DNA of 64,000 nucleotides from Camelus dromedarius (taxonomy: Eukaryota), in contig NC_087437.1 in NCBI RefSeq assembly GCF_036321535.1, positions 53,384,001 through 53,448,000 on the forward strand, read 5' to 3'. The position numbers were made by a program, and so were the translations under genes. Position 1 is the stretch's first letter, and every line of letters begins with the position of its first letter. Of the stretch, positions 62,601-64,000 are shown piece after piece. Under the pieces are notes generated by a model. The model did no database searches. It saw only the letters and a program-made list of their open reading frames with translations, and had not been told where the DNA came from.

Positions 62601-63572
62601 GTTCTCATGATGTGCCATGAAGTCTATATGACCCCAGACCTTACGAAGAACACTGTCCCCCATCTCTGCCCCCCTGTGCTACAGCAGGTGCAGCTGAGAC
62701 TGCTCTGCAAGTGCCCAGAACGGAATATGGTGAGAGAAGGGAGAATTTCTATTTTCTGGGCAAAGTTGGCCTTCAGTATGTCAGCTTGTATTCAAGGTGT
62801 GTCTGCATCAGGTATTATAAATTAGGGAAGCAGTATCTCATTTTTAACTACTGACAATAAAATCCTTTCAATTAAAGATTATTTTTCTTGCATGTTCTAA
62901 TGGGGCAGGGGGTGGGGGAGGAATGCAAGCTTAAGGTCCAGTCAGTATTTGTTATACCAAGAGTTGGCTTTTCTCATACGTGGAATACTTGGAAGATAGT
63001 TGTCTACATTGCATGATATGAAGCATCACTGAAGCTGCCTGCTCAACAGAATCTCAGGATTTACTATTTCCCCACTAGAAAATCATTCCTTTATGTTAAG
63101 CATTGCTTTTTACAGTTTCCATCAAAAATATAAAAACTTAGGAAAAGTGTGGCTTATTGATTGAGGCACTAACACTTTCTAATTTAAAGTTTCCCTAGAC
63201 ACATTTTAGGGAAACTTCCAATCAGAGGAAAGTTTGGGGAGGAAAAGAGGAGAGACAGTAAAAGCCTGACAGACAACCTTCACCTGTTTACTGCTGGGTC
63301 TTGGGCTGCCACGTGGCCCTCTACAAATGGATGCTGGGAAAGGTACTAGGCTAGATGACTCCTTCAGTGCACAAGCTGATGTAAACCTGCCTCTTTCAGG
63401 GGAGGATTTTGTACAACCACCTGGCAAGATTTGCCCTGGCTGCCCCACAGTTATACCTGTCGACAGCCCAGAGCTGGAGGAGGCTCTGAATCATTCTATT
63501 GCAAAGCTTAATGCAGAGAATAATGGAAATTTCTATTTCAAGATTGACTTCGTGGAAAAAGCAACAGCACAG
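51043..63572 (+). CDS. KNG1: Kininogen, exons 1-7 (partial; later exons including bradykinin lie beyond the window)
   Basis: Exons of 195+111+85+173+108+85+173 nt join in frame. [17 protein letters not shown] signal, EIDCND, QVVAG in domain 2, ICPGCP start of domain 3. Confidence 0.96.
51303..51371. repeat. Long (CA)n microsatellite, KNG1 intron 1
   Basis: About 30 uninterrupted CA units starting 65 nt after the exon 1 donor. Confidence 0.97.
51690..52100 (+). mobile_element. L1 3'-end fragment, KNG1 intron 1
   Basis: L1M-type 3'UTR (...cacttacatgtggaatctaaa...). Confidence 0.75.
53510..53620 (+). CDS. KNG1: KNG1 exon 2 ([20 protein letters not shown]...SAQA)
   Basis: tttttcag acceptor, gtgagt donor, 111 nt. 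Confidence 0.95.
54260..54925 (-). mobile_element. Probable solo ERV LTR, KNG1 intron 2
   Basis: Begins TGTTACC and ends near TCATTCTCA with LTR-like content. Boundaries and TSD uncertain. Confidence 0.5.
55057..55141 (+). CDS. KNG1: KNG1 exon 3 ([28 protein letters not shown])
   Basis: ttcttag acceptor, gtagct donor, 85 nt. Confidence 0.95.
55740..56745 (+). mobile_element. L1 3' end (ORF2 C-terminus and 3'UTR) inserted into a MIR, KNG1 intron 3
   Basis: Typical ORF2-end and 3'UTR sequence with internal (TA)n(TG)n. TSD-like tctccagttca / tccccagttca. MIR halves on both sides. Confidence 0.9.
58062..58656 (-). mobile_element. 5'-inverted L1 insertion, KNG1 intron 3
   Basis: Minus-strand 3'UTR (58062-58325) joined to a plus-strand ORF2 piece ([12 protein letters not shown]...SRIA). 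TSD-like AATATATT on both sides. Confidence 0.85.
59646..59818 (+). CDS. KNG1: KNG1 exon 4 ([18 protein letters not shown]...ALRQ)
   Basis: tgtcaag acceptor, gtttgt donor, 173 nt. Confidence 0.93.
60944..61051 (+). CDS. KNG1: KNG1 exon 5 ([21 protein letters not shown]...SNA)
   Basis: gtttcag acceptor, gtaagt donor, 108 nt. Completes QVVAG. Confidence 0.95.
62431..62515 (+). CDS. KNG1: KNG1 exon 6 ([28 protein letters not shown])
   Basis: aaaccag acceptor, gtatgg donor, 85 nt. Confidence 0.94.
63400..63572 (+). CDS. KNG1: KNG1 exon 7 ([16 protein letters not shown]...KATAQ)
   Basis: ctctttcag acceptor, gtctgt donor, 173 nt. Confidence 0.95.
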
Positions 63573-64000
63573 GTCTGTAAATCATACTACAAAAATAGTG
63601 ATATTATAGTCTATGGCAAATTGCTTACTAGTTTGGCCACTGATCTTGGCTCTGAATTGGGAAACAGTGTACCTGGTAAACGGGATCTGGTAGATTTGAA
63701 TTTCAAGTCCCAACATCAGTGCACTTCTGGTGTGTGATCTCAGACAAGTCTTTTAAAGCATTTTTTCCATTTTCTATCTGTAAAGGATTACAGGGAGGAT
63801 CACATAAGACAATGTATGTCAATCACTTTTCAAACTCCAAAGTGCTATATAAATACGAGCAACTATTATCTAATTAATAAAATTCAGGGCTAGGAAAAGC
63901 AAGACTTATCCTCTGCCTTTCTAGACTCATCGCTCATTGTAGCGTCACTTAGTGTGTTGGTCTCAGCCACATCAGCCAGTTATCACCCAGACCCTCTTCA

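Overview
Mammalian genomic DNA covering the type-3 cystatin plasma-protein cluster on the + strand. It holds a complete FETUB (7 coding exons, 375 aa), a complete HRG (7 coding exons, 508 aa) and exons 1-7 of KNG1, which runs off the right edge. I assembled all exons by hand from splice sites and they join in frame. Eleven tRNA-Ala-derived SINEs resembling the camelid Vic-1 family suggest a camel, llama or alpaca genome. The rest is mostly transposon debris (L1, L2, MIR, MaLR, Tigger, hAT) plus a decayed env-less class I endogenous retrovirus lying antisense between FETUB and HRG. The most unexpected structure is a ~2.2 kb palindrome in the short HRG-KNG1 spacer. Its two arms were interrupted independently at almost the same symmetric position, by an L1 on the left and a solo LTR on the right, yet part of the arms remains far more similar than the rest. 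Other points of note: a GC-AG first intron and a four-tier G-quadruplex 3'UTR motif in FETUB, extra cysteines in FETUB and HRG, and a uORF in front of HRG. There is no prokaryotic or CRISPR system. Comparisons to human or bovine proteins and repeat subfamily names are from memory and need database confirmation.
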